Positions 28,938 to 36,550 of a stretch of DNA of 64,000 nt are shown here, piece after piece; within the stretch, counting starts at the first letter, position 1; the number at the start of each line of letters is the position of its first letter. A model generated the notes under the pieces. The model made no database searches, was not told where the DNA came from, and worked only from the letters and a program-made list of their open reading frames with translations. Source of the DNA: an uncultured Bacteroidales bacterium. GTDB taxonomy: Bacteria > Bacteroidota > Bacteroidia > Bacteroidales > F082. Position numbers and translations under genes: made by a program. The stretch spans positions 11,618 to 75,617 of the forward strand of contig CAMYYB010000004.1 in the NCBI GenBank assembly GCA_947303335.1, written 5' to 3'.

Positions 28938-30179
28938 ATGTTGGAAAACAAATACACCGAATCCGTCCTTCCCAACGGCATCAGGCTGCTCCATAAGGAG
29001 AAAAAGGGAGAGATAGCCCACCTCGTTCTGATAGTGGAAACCGGCACCCGTGACGAAGAGGCATACGAGAACGGGCTGGCCCACTTCGTGGAACATACCA
29101 TCTTCAAAGGCACCCAGCGACGCAAGGCTTATCATATCCTCAGCTGCTTGGACAACGTGGGTGGCGACCTCAACGCCTTCACCACCAAGGAAGAGACCTG
29201 CATCCAAGCCACCTTCCTCAAGCAGCACTACCAGCGCACCCTCGACCTCTTTGCCGACATCGCTTTTCACTCCACCTTCCCTGAGAACGAACTGGCCAAG
29301 GAGAAGGAAGTCATCCTCGACGAGATTAACTCCTACTTGGACTCACCCTTCGACGAAATTTATGACCTGTTTGAAGAGATGGTCTTCGAAGGTCACCCAC
29401 TGTCGCGCAATATCCTGGGCACTACCGAGCTGGTAAAAGGATTCCGTCAGCAGGATATCCTCGACTTTATGAGCCACAACTACAGCACAGACCAAATGGT
29501 GCTGGCCTCGGTAGGAGACATCTCATCCAAGGACTTCGAGCGGTTGGCTATGCGCTACTTCGGAGAACAACCTGCACATCTTATTAATAAGAAACGCGAG
29601 CCTTTCAAGGGATATGCTCCCAAGCATCGCGAGATGGAGCGCAAGAACCACCTGAGCCATTGCATGATCGGCAGCATAGCCCCTGAGTTCTGTAGTCCCC
29701 TGCGGATGCCCATCGTGATGCTCAACAACGTGTTGGGCGGTCCCGCCATGAGTTCACGCCTCGGACTCAACATCCGCGAGAAATACGGCTTCGCCTACAG
29801 CATCGAGTCGCAATATTCAGCCTATTCCGACACCGGCCTCATCAGTATCTACATGGGGGTCGACCCCGATTCGTTGGAAAAGGCCATCGGTCTGGTCTAT
29901 AAGGAATTGGACAAACTCTGCCAGCAGCCTCTCGGCACCATGCAGCTGCAACATGCCAAGCAGCAGCTCATCGGACAGGTCGCCTTGAGCTACGAGAGCG
30001 GGATGACTGAATTGCTTAGTGCCGCCCGTTCCCTCTTGATGGGCGATACCATTGAATATATGGACGACATCATCCGCAAGGTCAATGCCGTCACCGCCAA
30101 AGACATCATCGATATCGCCAACCAGGTGTTTGACAAACAACAGCTGAGCCAGATTTTGTTTCGGGGAGTTGAGAATTGA
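28938..30179 (+). CDS. M16 (pitrilysin) family zinc peptidase
   Basis: Inverted zinc motif HFVEH in GLAHFVEHTIFKGT. Start set at MLENKYTE (ATG 28938), 19 nt after a TATCTTTG box. Confidence 0.85.
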   Translation: MLENKYTESVLPNGIRLLHKEKKGEIAHLVLIVETGTRDEEAYENGLAHFVEHTIFKGTQRRKAYHILSCLDNVGGDLNAFTTKEETCIQATFLKQHYQRTLDLFADIAFHSTFPENELAKEKEVILDEINSYLDSPFDEIYDLFEEMVFEGHPLSRNILGTTELVKGFRQQDILDFMSHNYSTDQMVLASVGDISSKDFERLAMRYFGEQPAHLINKKREPFKGYAPKHREMERKNHLSHCMIGSIAPEFCSPLRMPIVMLNNVLGGPAMSSRLGLNIREKYGFAYSIESQYSAYSDTGLISIYMGVDPDSLEKAIGLVYKELDKLCQQPLGTMQLQHAKQQLIGQVALSYESGMTELLSAARSLLMGDTIEYMDDIIRKVNAVTAKDIIDIANQVFDKQQLSQILFRGVEN

Positions 30180-30219
30180 GAGTTGAGAGTTGATAGTTGA
30201 TAGTTGAGAGTTGGGAGTT
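30167..30219. repeat. GTTGAGAGTTGA-type word repeat
   Basis: The sequence is agttgagaattgagagttgagagttgatagttgatagttgagagttgggagtt. It spans the stop codon of the M16 peptidase gene. Confidence 0.85.
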
Positions 30220-30224
30220 TTTTG

Positions 30225-30232
30225 TAACTTTG
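30225..30232 (+). promoter_or_regulatory. -7 box TAACTTTG
   Basis: 20 nt upstream of the ATG at 30252. Confidence 0.5.
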
Positions 30233-30251
30233 CACCGAAATACGATTTAGC

Positions 30252-30914
30252 ATGACCTCTTTTGACTTTTGGAATATCGTCCGCTCTATCCCGAAGACCT
30301 TGCGCTTCAATCTGCACTATTTTCCGCTGAAGACAGCCTTGAAACTGCCTGTCGTGGTGTCGCACCGCACGTTTTTGCGCGAGCTGAACGGCAAGGTGGT
30401 ATTGCCTGAAAAAGTGGAAACGGCAATGATAAAGATAGGTTTTGGCGACGTGGGGCATTACGACCGCAAGCGTTCCCGCAGCATCTGGCAGGTGAGCGGA
30501 ATGGTAACCTTCAGAGGCAAGGCGAGCATCGGACACGGGTCAAAACTCTCGGTTCGCGGTGACTTGAAACTCGGTGCCGACTTCAATATGACGGCAGAAA
30601 GCACCATCGTCTGCGCCAAGGAAATCTGCTTCGGCGACGACTGTCTGCTGAGTTGGGACATCCTCGTGATGGATACCGACGAACATCCTTTATACAACAA
30701 GGAGCATAAACGCATCAATCCAGACAAGCCCATCTTGGTGGGTAATCATGTCTGGATTGGTTGTAAATGCGTGTTGCTGAAGGGTGCTGTAATCCCTGAC
30801 GACACCGTTGTGGCGGCAGGCACGCTGCTGACCTCAGCCATTTCGGGCGAACAGCAGGTGATTGGCGGCAACCCGCCGTCTGTCCTCAAGCGCGATGTCC
30901 GTTGGGAACACTGA
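30252..30914 (+). CDS. Hexapeptide-repeat (left-handed beta-helix) acyl/acetyltransferase
   Basis: Hexapeptide repeats, for example VGNHVWIGCKCVLLKGAVIPDDTVVAAGTLL. Confidence 0.7.
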   Translation: MTSFDFWNIVRSIPKTLRFNLHYFPLKTALKLPVVVSHRTFLRELNGKVVLPEKVETAMIKIGFGDVGHYDRKRSRSIWQVSGMVTFRGKASIGHGSKLSVRGDLKLGADFNMTAESTIVCAKEICFGDDCLLSWDILVMDTDEHPLYNKEHKRINPDKPILVGNHVWIGCKCVLLKGAVIPDDTVVAAGTLLTSAISGEQQVIGGNPPSVLKRDVRWEH

Positions 30915-30920
30915 TTGTCT

Positions 30921-31005
30921 CACGCAGAATACGCAGAATTATATGAAGCGCGGCGACGCAAATATTACGTCCGGTAGGTTCTGCGATTTCTGCGGATTCT
31001 GCGTG
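30921..31005. repeat. 85-bp hairpin element with termini CACGCAGAAT(ACGCAGAAT) / ATTCTGCGTG
   Basis: Same design as the AACTACGAATT family but with a different word. Intergenic, between two convergent genes. Confidence 0.8.
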
Positions 31006-31013
31006 CAATAATT

Positions 31014-31583
31014 TCAAATCGATTCAATCACCGAGCAGAGGTTAGCGAAGATTTGCGGGATTTCACCTACGCCGTTCACCGCGTGCAAGTTGCCCTTGGC
31101 CTCATAGAAGCCCATGACCGGCTGCGTCTTCTCGTTGTATTCCACAAAACGGTGCTTGATGGAATCAATGTTGTCGTCGGCACGACCGCTGACCTTGCCG
31201 CGTTCCAGCATACGCTCGATGAGCATTTCCTCCGGCACTTCGAGACTGAGGACGCCTGAAAGCGTCATGTTGTATTTTTGCAGCAAGTCGTCCAGAATAT
31301 CAGCCTGCGGCACCGTGCGAGGATAGCCGTCGAAGAGGAAACCGGGGGAATTCACATTCTCGGAGAGTTTCTTCTCGATGATTCTCGCCACGATTTCGTC
31401 AGAGACGAGTCCACCCTTGCCGATGATTTCCTTCACCTGCAAGCCCAGTTCGCTTTCTGCGGCGATTTCTTCACGAAGGATTTCGCCTGTTGAAATATAA
31501 GTCAGATGATATTTCTCGCGCAGGAACTGCGACTGCGTTCCCTTGCCTGCCCCTGGAGGGCCAAATAGAATGATGTTAAGCAT
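31014..31583 (-). CDS. adk: Adenylate kinase
   Basis: MLNIILFGPPGAGKGTQS P-loop, ISTGEILR and GFLFDGYPRT motifs. Confidence 0.95.
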   Translation of the reverse strand: MLNIILFGPPGAGKGTQSQFLREKYHLTYISTGEILREEIAAESELGLQVKEIIGKGGLVSDEIVARIIEKKLSENVNSPGFLFDGYPRTVPQADILDDLLQKYNMTLSGVLSLEVPEEMLIERMLERGKVSGRADDNIDSIKHRFVEYNEKTQPVMGFYEAKGNLHAVNGVGEIPQIFANLCSVIESI

Positions 31584-31587
31584 GGTA

Positions 31588-31642
31588 TGTTGTTGAATTG
31601 TTGATTGTTGAATTGTTGATTGTTGAATTGTTGAACTGTTGA
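31588..31642. repeat. TTGTTGAATTGTTGA tandem word repeat filling the hpt-adk spacer
   Basis: About 3.5 copies of a 15-16-nt unit occupy nearly the whole 61-nt intergenic region. Confidence 0.85.
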
Positions 31643-31644
31643 CG

Positions 31645-32199
31645 CTATGCGGGGCATGATTCTATAATCTTGTAGATATCTGGAAGGTTTCTCCCCTGTT
31701 GGTTGTAGTCGAGGCCGTAGCCCACGATGAACTCGTTGCCGATTTCCATACCTTTGTAGTTGATGGGGTAAGTGTATTGGAAAGACTTGGGCTTGAAGAA
31801 CAAGGAGGCAATACGCACGTCGGAAGCCTTCAGGTCGTGAAGCTTCTGTATGGTGTAGCGCATCGTGTGGCCCGTATCCACAATGTCTTCCACGATGACC
31901 ACATGCCGTCCGTCCAGAGGATGGTCCAAGCCTATCAGCTCGCGCACCACACTGGTGCTTTCGGTTCCGGCGTAGGACGACAGTTTCACGAAACTGATTT
32001 CGCAAGGGATGGTCAGCCGCTTGAACAGTTCGGAGGCAAACATGAAAGCGCCGTTAAGCACGACGAGAAACAGCGGATTCATACCGTCAAGGTCGCGGTT
32101 GATCTGGTCGGCCACCTTTTGAATCTCGGATTCTATTTTCTCTTGGGTGATGTAGAGTCCAAACTCCTTGTCTAACACTTTTACTGTTTTCATTTCCAA
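31645..32199 (-). CDS. hpt: Hypoxanthine phosphoribosyltransferase
   Basis: PRPP-binding motif VVIVEDIVDTGHTM; length about 180 aa. The start could instead be the Met at 32193. Confidence 0.9.
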   Translation of the reverse strand: MEMKTVKVLDKEFGLYITQEKIESEIQKVADQINRDLDGMNPLFLVVLNGAFMFASELFKRLTIPCEISFVKLSSYAGTESTSVVRELIGLDHPLDGRHVVIVEDIVDTGHTMRYTIQKLHDLKASDVRIASLFFKPKSFQYTYPINYKGMEIGNEFIVGYGLDYNQQGRNLPDIYKIIESCPA

Positions 32200-32237
32200 A
32201 GGATTAATGATTATCTATCCGTATCACATAGGCGACA

Positions 32238-32245
32238 CAAAGATA
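32238..32245 (-). promoter_or_regulatory. -7 box TATCTTTG upstream of hpt-adk
   Basis: The reverse complement of caaagata, about 40 nt upstream of the hpt start. Confidence 0.45.
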
Positions 32246-32285
32246 CAAAATGCATTCATTAGGTCAACCGCATGAGAAAAAAAAC

Positions 32286-32293
32286 TACTTTTG
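32286..32293 (+). promoter_or_regulatory. -7 box TACTTTTG upstream of purE
   Basis: Implies a leader of about 90 nt that contains the hairpin at 32311-32365. Confidence 0.45.
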
Positions 32294-32310
32294 CCCCATA
32301 AACTTAGGCC

Positions 32311-32365
32311 CCTGAGCTTGTCGAAGGGCCGACCGATAACATGACGGTACTTCGACAGGCTCAGC
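32311..32365 (+). promoter_or_regulatory. Imperfect hairpin in the purE 5' leader
   Basis: CCTGAGCTTGTCGAAG ... CTTCGACAGGCTCAGC (14/16 complementary). It lies between a TACTTTTG box (32286-32293) and the purE ATG (32391). Confidence 0.5.
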
Positions 32366-32390
32366 AACCTTTTCTAACAGAATAACAGCT

Positions 32391-32897
32391 ATGACACCAA
32401 TAGTAAGCATCATCATGGGAAGCACTTCCGACCTTCCCGTACTTGAAAAAGCCGCCCAGTTCTTTGACGAGATGGCTATCCCCTTTGAAATGAATGCCCT
32501 GAGTGCCCACCGCACGCCACAAGAGGTGGAGACCTTTGCCCACGAGGCCCAAGGGCGCGGCATCAAGGTCATCATCGCCGCCGCAGGCATGGCTGCCGCC
32601 CTGCCCGGCGTGATTGCCGCCAACACCACCTTGCCCGTCATCGGCGTACCCGTAAAGGGAATGCTCGACGGTTTGGATGCAATGCTGTCCATCATCCAGA
32701 TGCCCCCAGGCATTCCCGTAGCCACAGTAGGCGTGAACGGAGCCTTGAATGCTGCTATCCTCGCCGCTGAGATGCTGGCTTTAGGTGATGCCGAAATGGC
32801 CAAGAAGGTCGCCAACTACAAGGAGAACCTAAAGAACAAAATCACCAAGGCCAACGCCGAACTGAAAGAGGTAAAGTACCAGTATAAGACGAACTAA
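32391..32897 (+). CDS. purE: 5-(carboxyamino)imidazole ribonucleotide mutase
   Basis: VSIIMGSTSDLPVLEKA, AHRTP and IIAAAGMAAALPGVIA are PurE signatures. Confidence 0.95.
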   Translation: MTPIVSIIMGSTSDLPVLEKAAQFFDEMAIPFEMNALSAHRTPQEVETFAHEAQGRGIKVIIAAAGMAAALPGVIAANTTLPVIGVPVKGMLDGLDAMLSIIQMPPGIPVATVGVNGALNAAILAAEMLALGDAEMAKKVANYKENLKNKITKANAELKEVKYQYKTN

Positions 32898-32925
32898 GGG
32901 CACTGATTGCTTGGCGCAAGCAGTT

Positions 32926-33318
32926 TTACGGAGGTTTCTTTTTCTTCTTTTCCACATTGATGGGCGTGCTGTTAGGGAAGACGATGCTGTAGGCAGCGTC
33001 TAACGCCTTGACGTTCACTTGATGGAGACCTATGCCTTGCTTCACTTCGACGAAGGCGATGAGGAACTCGCGGCTCATGCGGGGACTCAGCGCGGGCGGG
33101 GGCAAAATGTCCATCCCGTAGACCTGCTCGTCGTCGACAACGGTGTTGAGGCACACCTCCCAGATGAAGTCGTCGGTGGCTTCAGGTCCCATCCACGACT
33201 GGAGGACGCGACGGATGCAGAACCGCTTGTACTGCATCCCGAGGAGTTGCCTCGTGCGCTCCAGCTTGCGCCAGAGCTGCACGAAGCCTTCCTGTGTGTT
33301 GGTGATTTCTGTTTTCAT
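32926..33318 (-). CDS. Hypothetical protein (130 aa)
   Basis: ORF with a lysine-rich tail (KKKKKPP). Start trimmed to the ATG at 33318 because the upstream codons lie in the TTGACAC repeat. No recognisable motif. Confidence 0.4.
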   Translation of the reverse strand: MKTEITNTQEGFVQLWRKLERTRQLLGMQYKRFCIRRVLQSWMGPEATDDFIWEVCLNTVVDDEQVYGMDILPPPALSPRMSREFLIAFVEVKQGIGLHQVNVKALDAAYSIVFPNSTPINVEKKKKKPP

Positions 33319-33324
33319 TTCATA

Positions 33325-33362
33325 TTGACTTTGACACTTTGACACCTTGACACTTTGACACC
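33325..33362 (+). repeat. TTGACAC iteron-like array (4-5 copies, 8-nt period)
   Basis: The sequence is ttgactttgacactttgacaccttgacactttgacacc. It lies between the primase-like stop and the next ORF. Confidence 0.85.
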
Positions 33363-35828
33363 TTATTGCTTTCGGTACATCCTCTCCCCTGTCGCCACAA
33401 TCAGCTTCTGTATACGCCAGTTCTTCAGCATCTGCTTCACGCTGTTGCGCGTCACGCTGGCTCCCTTCACGGCAACCGCATGTTGCACGGCTTGTTCAAA
33501 GGTGAACTGAGGATCTAAGCGTTCAAAGATGGAGTCGTTTCTGCCTCGGAAGACGCGCTCGCCCAAAGGGCCACCCGCATAATCCCTGCTGGTGAAGGCA
33601 TTCTCGATGCGCTCGCGGAAAAAGTGGAGCGCATTCTCTATCAACGAATTGGCAATTTCATCATAGATGTCCAACAGCTGCGGGGTCTGCACTTTCAGCA
33701 GCATCTCCTTCCAGAGGTTGGGCTGTTGCTTCAGTCGGTTTTCCGCTCCGTTCATGCCGTGCTTCTGGATAAGGGTCTCGGCCACCTTGCAGAGCATCAG
33801 GCAGCAGGTCATACGCTGGGCGGTCACGCAGACGCGCATCCTTTGTCTGGCCATCGTGCGGTCGTCGTTCTTCATCGTCTCCAAGCGGACGTTCTCCACC
33901 CATTGGCGGCCTTTCTCCTCCAACTTGGGCAGTACCACCTCCCCTTGCATCAAGGGCAGCAGGTGGGCAATCTGACGGATACGCTCGGCCTGCTTCTCGG
34001 TCAGGACGAAAGGCTTGTCCTCCAAGGGCGCGAAGGTGTTGTCGGGCGTTCTTGCGACTGCAATACGGCTTTGGAAGCCGTCCGTGTAGTTGTTGACGAC
34101 TCTGTAGAGGGCATCAGGTGTGCCGCACATCGTCACATTCCACAGCAGTTTTTCAATGTGGACGTTGACGGCATCCGCGCTTCTGGCTTCTCTTTCGTAC
34201 TTGGTGCCGTCGTAGCTCTGACGGAGCATGATGGAGAAGTCGCTAAGAGAGGACTTCCATTTCTGTGCCACCGTGTCCGCTTCGGGCGTGAAGGAAAAGG
34301 CATGTTTGCCCTCCGTGTTCGCGAGACGCTCCGCAAGGTTGGCGACCGTATTATTCAAGGTGAGGCACCGGACTGGGAGTTTCGGTTCCTCAGGCTGGTC
34401 TTTCTTATTCTTGGCAGCGCGTTTCTTTGCCCGCCATTCATCCTCCTGCATCTGGTACATCTTGTCCAAAGTCACCACTTCGCTCATCCAGGCTTCCACC
34501 ACAGGGTCGATTTGTCCCTTGCCGCTGGCGAAGTCGCCGGCGATATAGGCAATGAGATTGAGGCCTCTTTTCTGACCATGAACATCAAGCCGCACGCCTG
34601 TGGCCAAAGCTCCGATGCAGGGACAGATAGCCGTCACCACGGGCATCGCCAAACTCGGCCCCACCGCCTCGATGGATTCCCTGACCCCTTGCGGAAGTTT
34701 TTTAGTTGACAGTTGGGAGTTGAGAGTTGTCAGTTCGTCCTCCTCCTCGTCGTTGCGAGGAACGAAGCAATCTAGACAGCCACTCCTGTCAGAACTTGAA
34801 CCCTGGTTTGCTTCACTACGTTCGCAATGACGCGAAGCGACGCTGACCTCACCATAGAGTCTTTGGCTCTGCGTAAAGAGTTCCTCCTGGTACTTATAGA
34901 GCTTCTGCGAAGGGTTGGTATAGTTGGCATAGAAGTCATTCACCAGTTGCTGGATGTTCTCATCGTTCCAGTGTTCGGGCATGAGTTCCGCAAGTATGCC
35001 GTTGGTCTCGGCTTGGGTCAGCAGCTGGGTCACGCCACCCAAGAAAATCTTCACGGTAGTATGCCTGCCGCCCTCGTTCAGGAAGTCGCTTGGCTTCAGG
35101 TTCTTCTCCTTCATCACGCCCTTGGCGATGAAGCGGGTTCTCTGGTTTGCTTCACTGCGTTCGCAATGACGCGAAGCGGCAGCATCTGAACGGGTTGCCT
35201 CAGTGCCAGAAACACTTCCCTCGCGCTCAGGGTGAGGCTGGTCATCGTCATGGTCACAAGTCATAGTCTCATTAACAAACAGCTCATCACTCAAATACAG
35301 CAGATCCTCCTCGCTCGCGGTGGTGGTGAAGAACACCCGCGTGATGTCCTTCGCGCCTTCATCGTACTTCATGCCCAGCAGAAGGCTCGCCCAGCGGAGG
35401 TTCCCTTCCTGTGTGAGGTCGGGCTTGCGCTTGAAGACGAGGTGGTAGCCCTTGGTGGCCGAGCGTTCCAGCATGAGCAGTCCCAGCTCATCCTTCTTGG
35501 CCAGCACCAGTTCCGGCACAGCCGCCATCTTCTCCTGCAGCCAGGCTTGCTTTTCCTCAGCCGAAAGGTCTTCGGGAGCCACAAAGTCGACGTCCATCCC
35601 CACCGTGTTGGAAGGTATCTTGCTGCCTTTCAGCGAACCATCCTTGTTGGGCAGGCAGCTGTAGTTCATCTGGAGCAGGTTCTTCTTCAGTTCCACCTCG
35701 CCCTCGCGGATTCTTTTGACCGTCTTTTTCTGGAAGACGCTGTCGCGCAGCTTGCGGTATTCGGCGGCATCTTGGACAGGGCGCATTTGTTTCGCCCTGC
35801 CCTTATAACTGATGACGTATGCACTCAT
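33363..35828 (-). CDS. Putative primase-helicase-like protein (BT4734/VirE-N-like N-terminus plus DUF3987-like C-terminus)
   Basis: The N-terminal block ...NYSCLPNKDGSLKG...VGMDVDF...KGYHLVFKRKP resembles VirE-N/primase-like modules of Bacteroidales islands. The C-terminal half has a degenerate P-loop GDFASGKG as in DUF3987. The central linker is built of repeat elements. Confidence 0.5.
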   Translation of the reverse strand: MSAYVISYKGRAKQMRPVQDAAEYRKLRDSVFQKKTVKRIREGEVELKKNLLQMNYSCLPNKDGSLKGSKIPSNTVGMDVDFVAPEDLSAEEKQAWLQEKMAAVPELVLAKKDELGLLMLERSATKGYHLVFKRKPDLTQEGNLRWASLLLGMKYDEGAKDITRVFFTTTASEEDLLYLSDELFVNETMTCDHDDDQPHPEREGSVSGTEATRSDAAASRHCERSEANQRTRFIAKGVMKEKNLKPSDFLNEGGRHTTVKIFLGGVTQLLTQAETNGILAELMPEHWNDENIQQLVNDFYANYTNPSQKLYKYQEELFTQSQRLYGEVSVASRHCERSEANQGSSSDRSGCLDCFVPRNDEEEDELTTLNSQLSTKKLPQGVRESIEAVGPSLAMPVVTAICPCIGALATGVRLDVHGQKRGLNLIAYIAGDFASGKGQIDPVVEAWMSEVVTLDKMYQMQEDEWRAKKRAAKNKKDQPEEPKLPVRCLTLNNTVANLAERLANTEGKHAFSFTPEADTVAQKWKSSLSDFSIMLRQSYDGTKYEREARSADAVNVHIEKLLWNVTMCGTPDALYRVVNNYTDGFQSRIAVARTPDNTFAPLEDKPFVLTEKQAERIRQIAHLLPLMQGEVVLPKLEEKGRQWVENVRLETMKNDDRTMARQRMRVCVTAQRMTCCLMLCKVAETLIQKHGMNGAENRLKQQPNLWKEMLLKVQTPQLLDIYDEIANSLIENALHFFRERIENAFTSRDYAGGPLGERVFRGRNDSIFERLDPQFTFEQAVQHAVAVKGASVTRNSVKQMLKNWRIQKLIVATGERMYRKQ
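34704..34735. repeat. GTTGAGAGTTG-type word repeat in frame inside the primase-like CDS
   Basis: The sequence is agttgacagttgggagttgagagttgtcagtt. It encodes LTTLNSQLST on the minus strand. Confidence 0.85.
34747..34771. repeat. REP-like arm CGTCGTTGCGAGGAACGAAGCAATC inside the CDS
   Basis: It encodes LDCFVPRNDE. It is an imperfect inverted partner of the arm at 34811-34835. Confidence 0.7.
34803..34839. repeat. 37-nt repeat CTGGTTTGCTTCACTACGTTCGCAATGACGCGAAGCG, copy A, inside the CDS
   Basis: 36/37 identical to 35142-35178 and 339 nt (113 codons) away. It encodes SRHCERSEANQ. Confidence 0.9.
35142..35178. repeat. 37-nt repeat, copy B, inside the CDS
   Basis: See copy A. Same reading frame and same peptide, SRHCERSEANQ. 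Confidence 0.9.
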
Positions 35829-36223
35829 TTCACTTCCTCCGCTGCTTCAGTGTAAAGAATCTCGTTGACTACTTTCTCGGCTATGGCGAGTGCCTGACGA
35901 ACCAATTCATCCGGCAGCACCTCCACCCTTTCAGCGGGTAATGAGAAGAAGAAGTAATACCTTCCGTCTTTGCCCAATGATAGCGAGCTGTTGTCTTCCC
36001 TGAAGATGGGGCTGTTTCTCACCCTTTTCTTCAGTTCGGTGATGTACATGTTGCCGTCTCTCATGCGCTGCACCTTGCACTTTGCCGTGTAAGGAGTAAG
36101 ATTCACGTCCTCGCAGCATTCGAAGTCCGCGATGTTCAGTCCGTTGCTTGTGGTGCCGAACACCATCATTCCGTTCAGTGTCACTTGATCCACTATGGGA
36201 TTCTGATTTTTAATTTTATTCAT
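35825..36223 (-). CDS. Hypothetical protein (132 aa), translationally coupled to the primase-like gene
   Basis: ATGA stop/start overlap at 35825-35828. No recognisable motif. Confidence 0.4.
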   Translation of the reverse strand: MNKIKNQNPIVDQVTLNGMMVFGTTSNGLNIADFECCEDVNLTPYTAKCKVQRMRDGNMYITELKKRVRNSPIFREDNSSLSLGKDGRYYFFFSLPAERVEVLPDELVRQALAIAEKVVNEILYTEAAEEVK

Positions 36224-36323
36224 GATAGAGTTGTCTTGTGAGAAGAAGGTTGGATTCTATGGCCATTTACTCGAGAACATCCTCCTCACTTCAACTCGGG
36301 GTTCTGTGTCACTATTGACGCTG

Positions 36324-36331
36324 CAAAAATA
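36324..36331 (-). promoter_or_regulatory. -7 box TATTTTTG upstream of the 132-aa / primase-like operon
   Basis: The reverse complement of caaaaata, about 100 nt upstream of the ATG at 36223. Confidence 0.4.
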
Positions 36332-36461
36332 TAGCGACTATTTTAGAGCGAAATGCGCTAAAACACAGTATTTTACTCAATATCCAATGAATCCAACGCT
36401 TTTGCGGGATTCTGTCCAACGAATCCAATTGTTTGTCCAAAATACAACTTAAAAAAGGCAT

Positions 36462-36487
36462 AAAAAAAGCCTCAATCGAGGCTTTTT
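36462..36487 (-). terminator. Terminator closing the five-gene operon
   Basis: aaaaaaaGCCTCaatcGAGGCttttt. On the minus strand the stem is followed by a T run. It lies 64 nt after the stop at 36551. Confidence 0.65.
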
Positions 36488-36550
36488 CCAAAAACGTTGC
36501 ACTATTTTCTCTTTATGATTTCTTATCCTCTATGATAGCGAATGATGAGG

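Noticed and set aside
29817-30536. 239-aa minus-strand ORF spanning the end of the M16 peptidase, the word repeat and the start of the acetyltransferase gene.
   Set aside because: It is antisense to two well-supported genes. The middle part is just the translated GTTGAGAGTTGA repeat (NSQLSTINSQLS).
32294-32390. Purine or ZTP riboswitch in front of purE.
   Set aside because: I could not find the conserved cores, neither the purine riboswitch three-way junction motifs nor the ZTP pseudoknot GGGUCGUGAC...CCGCCUGGGCA-type sequence. Only a simple long hairpin is present. It is kept as a low-interest finding.
31502-32815. Minus-strand ORFs 31502-32005 (167 aa) and 32285-32815 (176 aa).
   Set aside because: The first is an alternative frame of the hpt gene on the same strand, running on through the hpt-adk spacer into the adk 5' end. 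The second is antisense to purE. Both hpt and purE have unambiguous motifs in their own frames.
36222-36452. 76-aa + strand ORF in the spacer between the two island operons.
   Set aside because: It has no motif, no promoter box in the right position and odd composition. The region is better explained as the promoter and leader of the minus-strand 132-aa gene plus the operon terminator.
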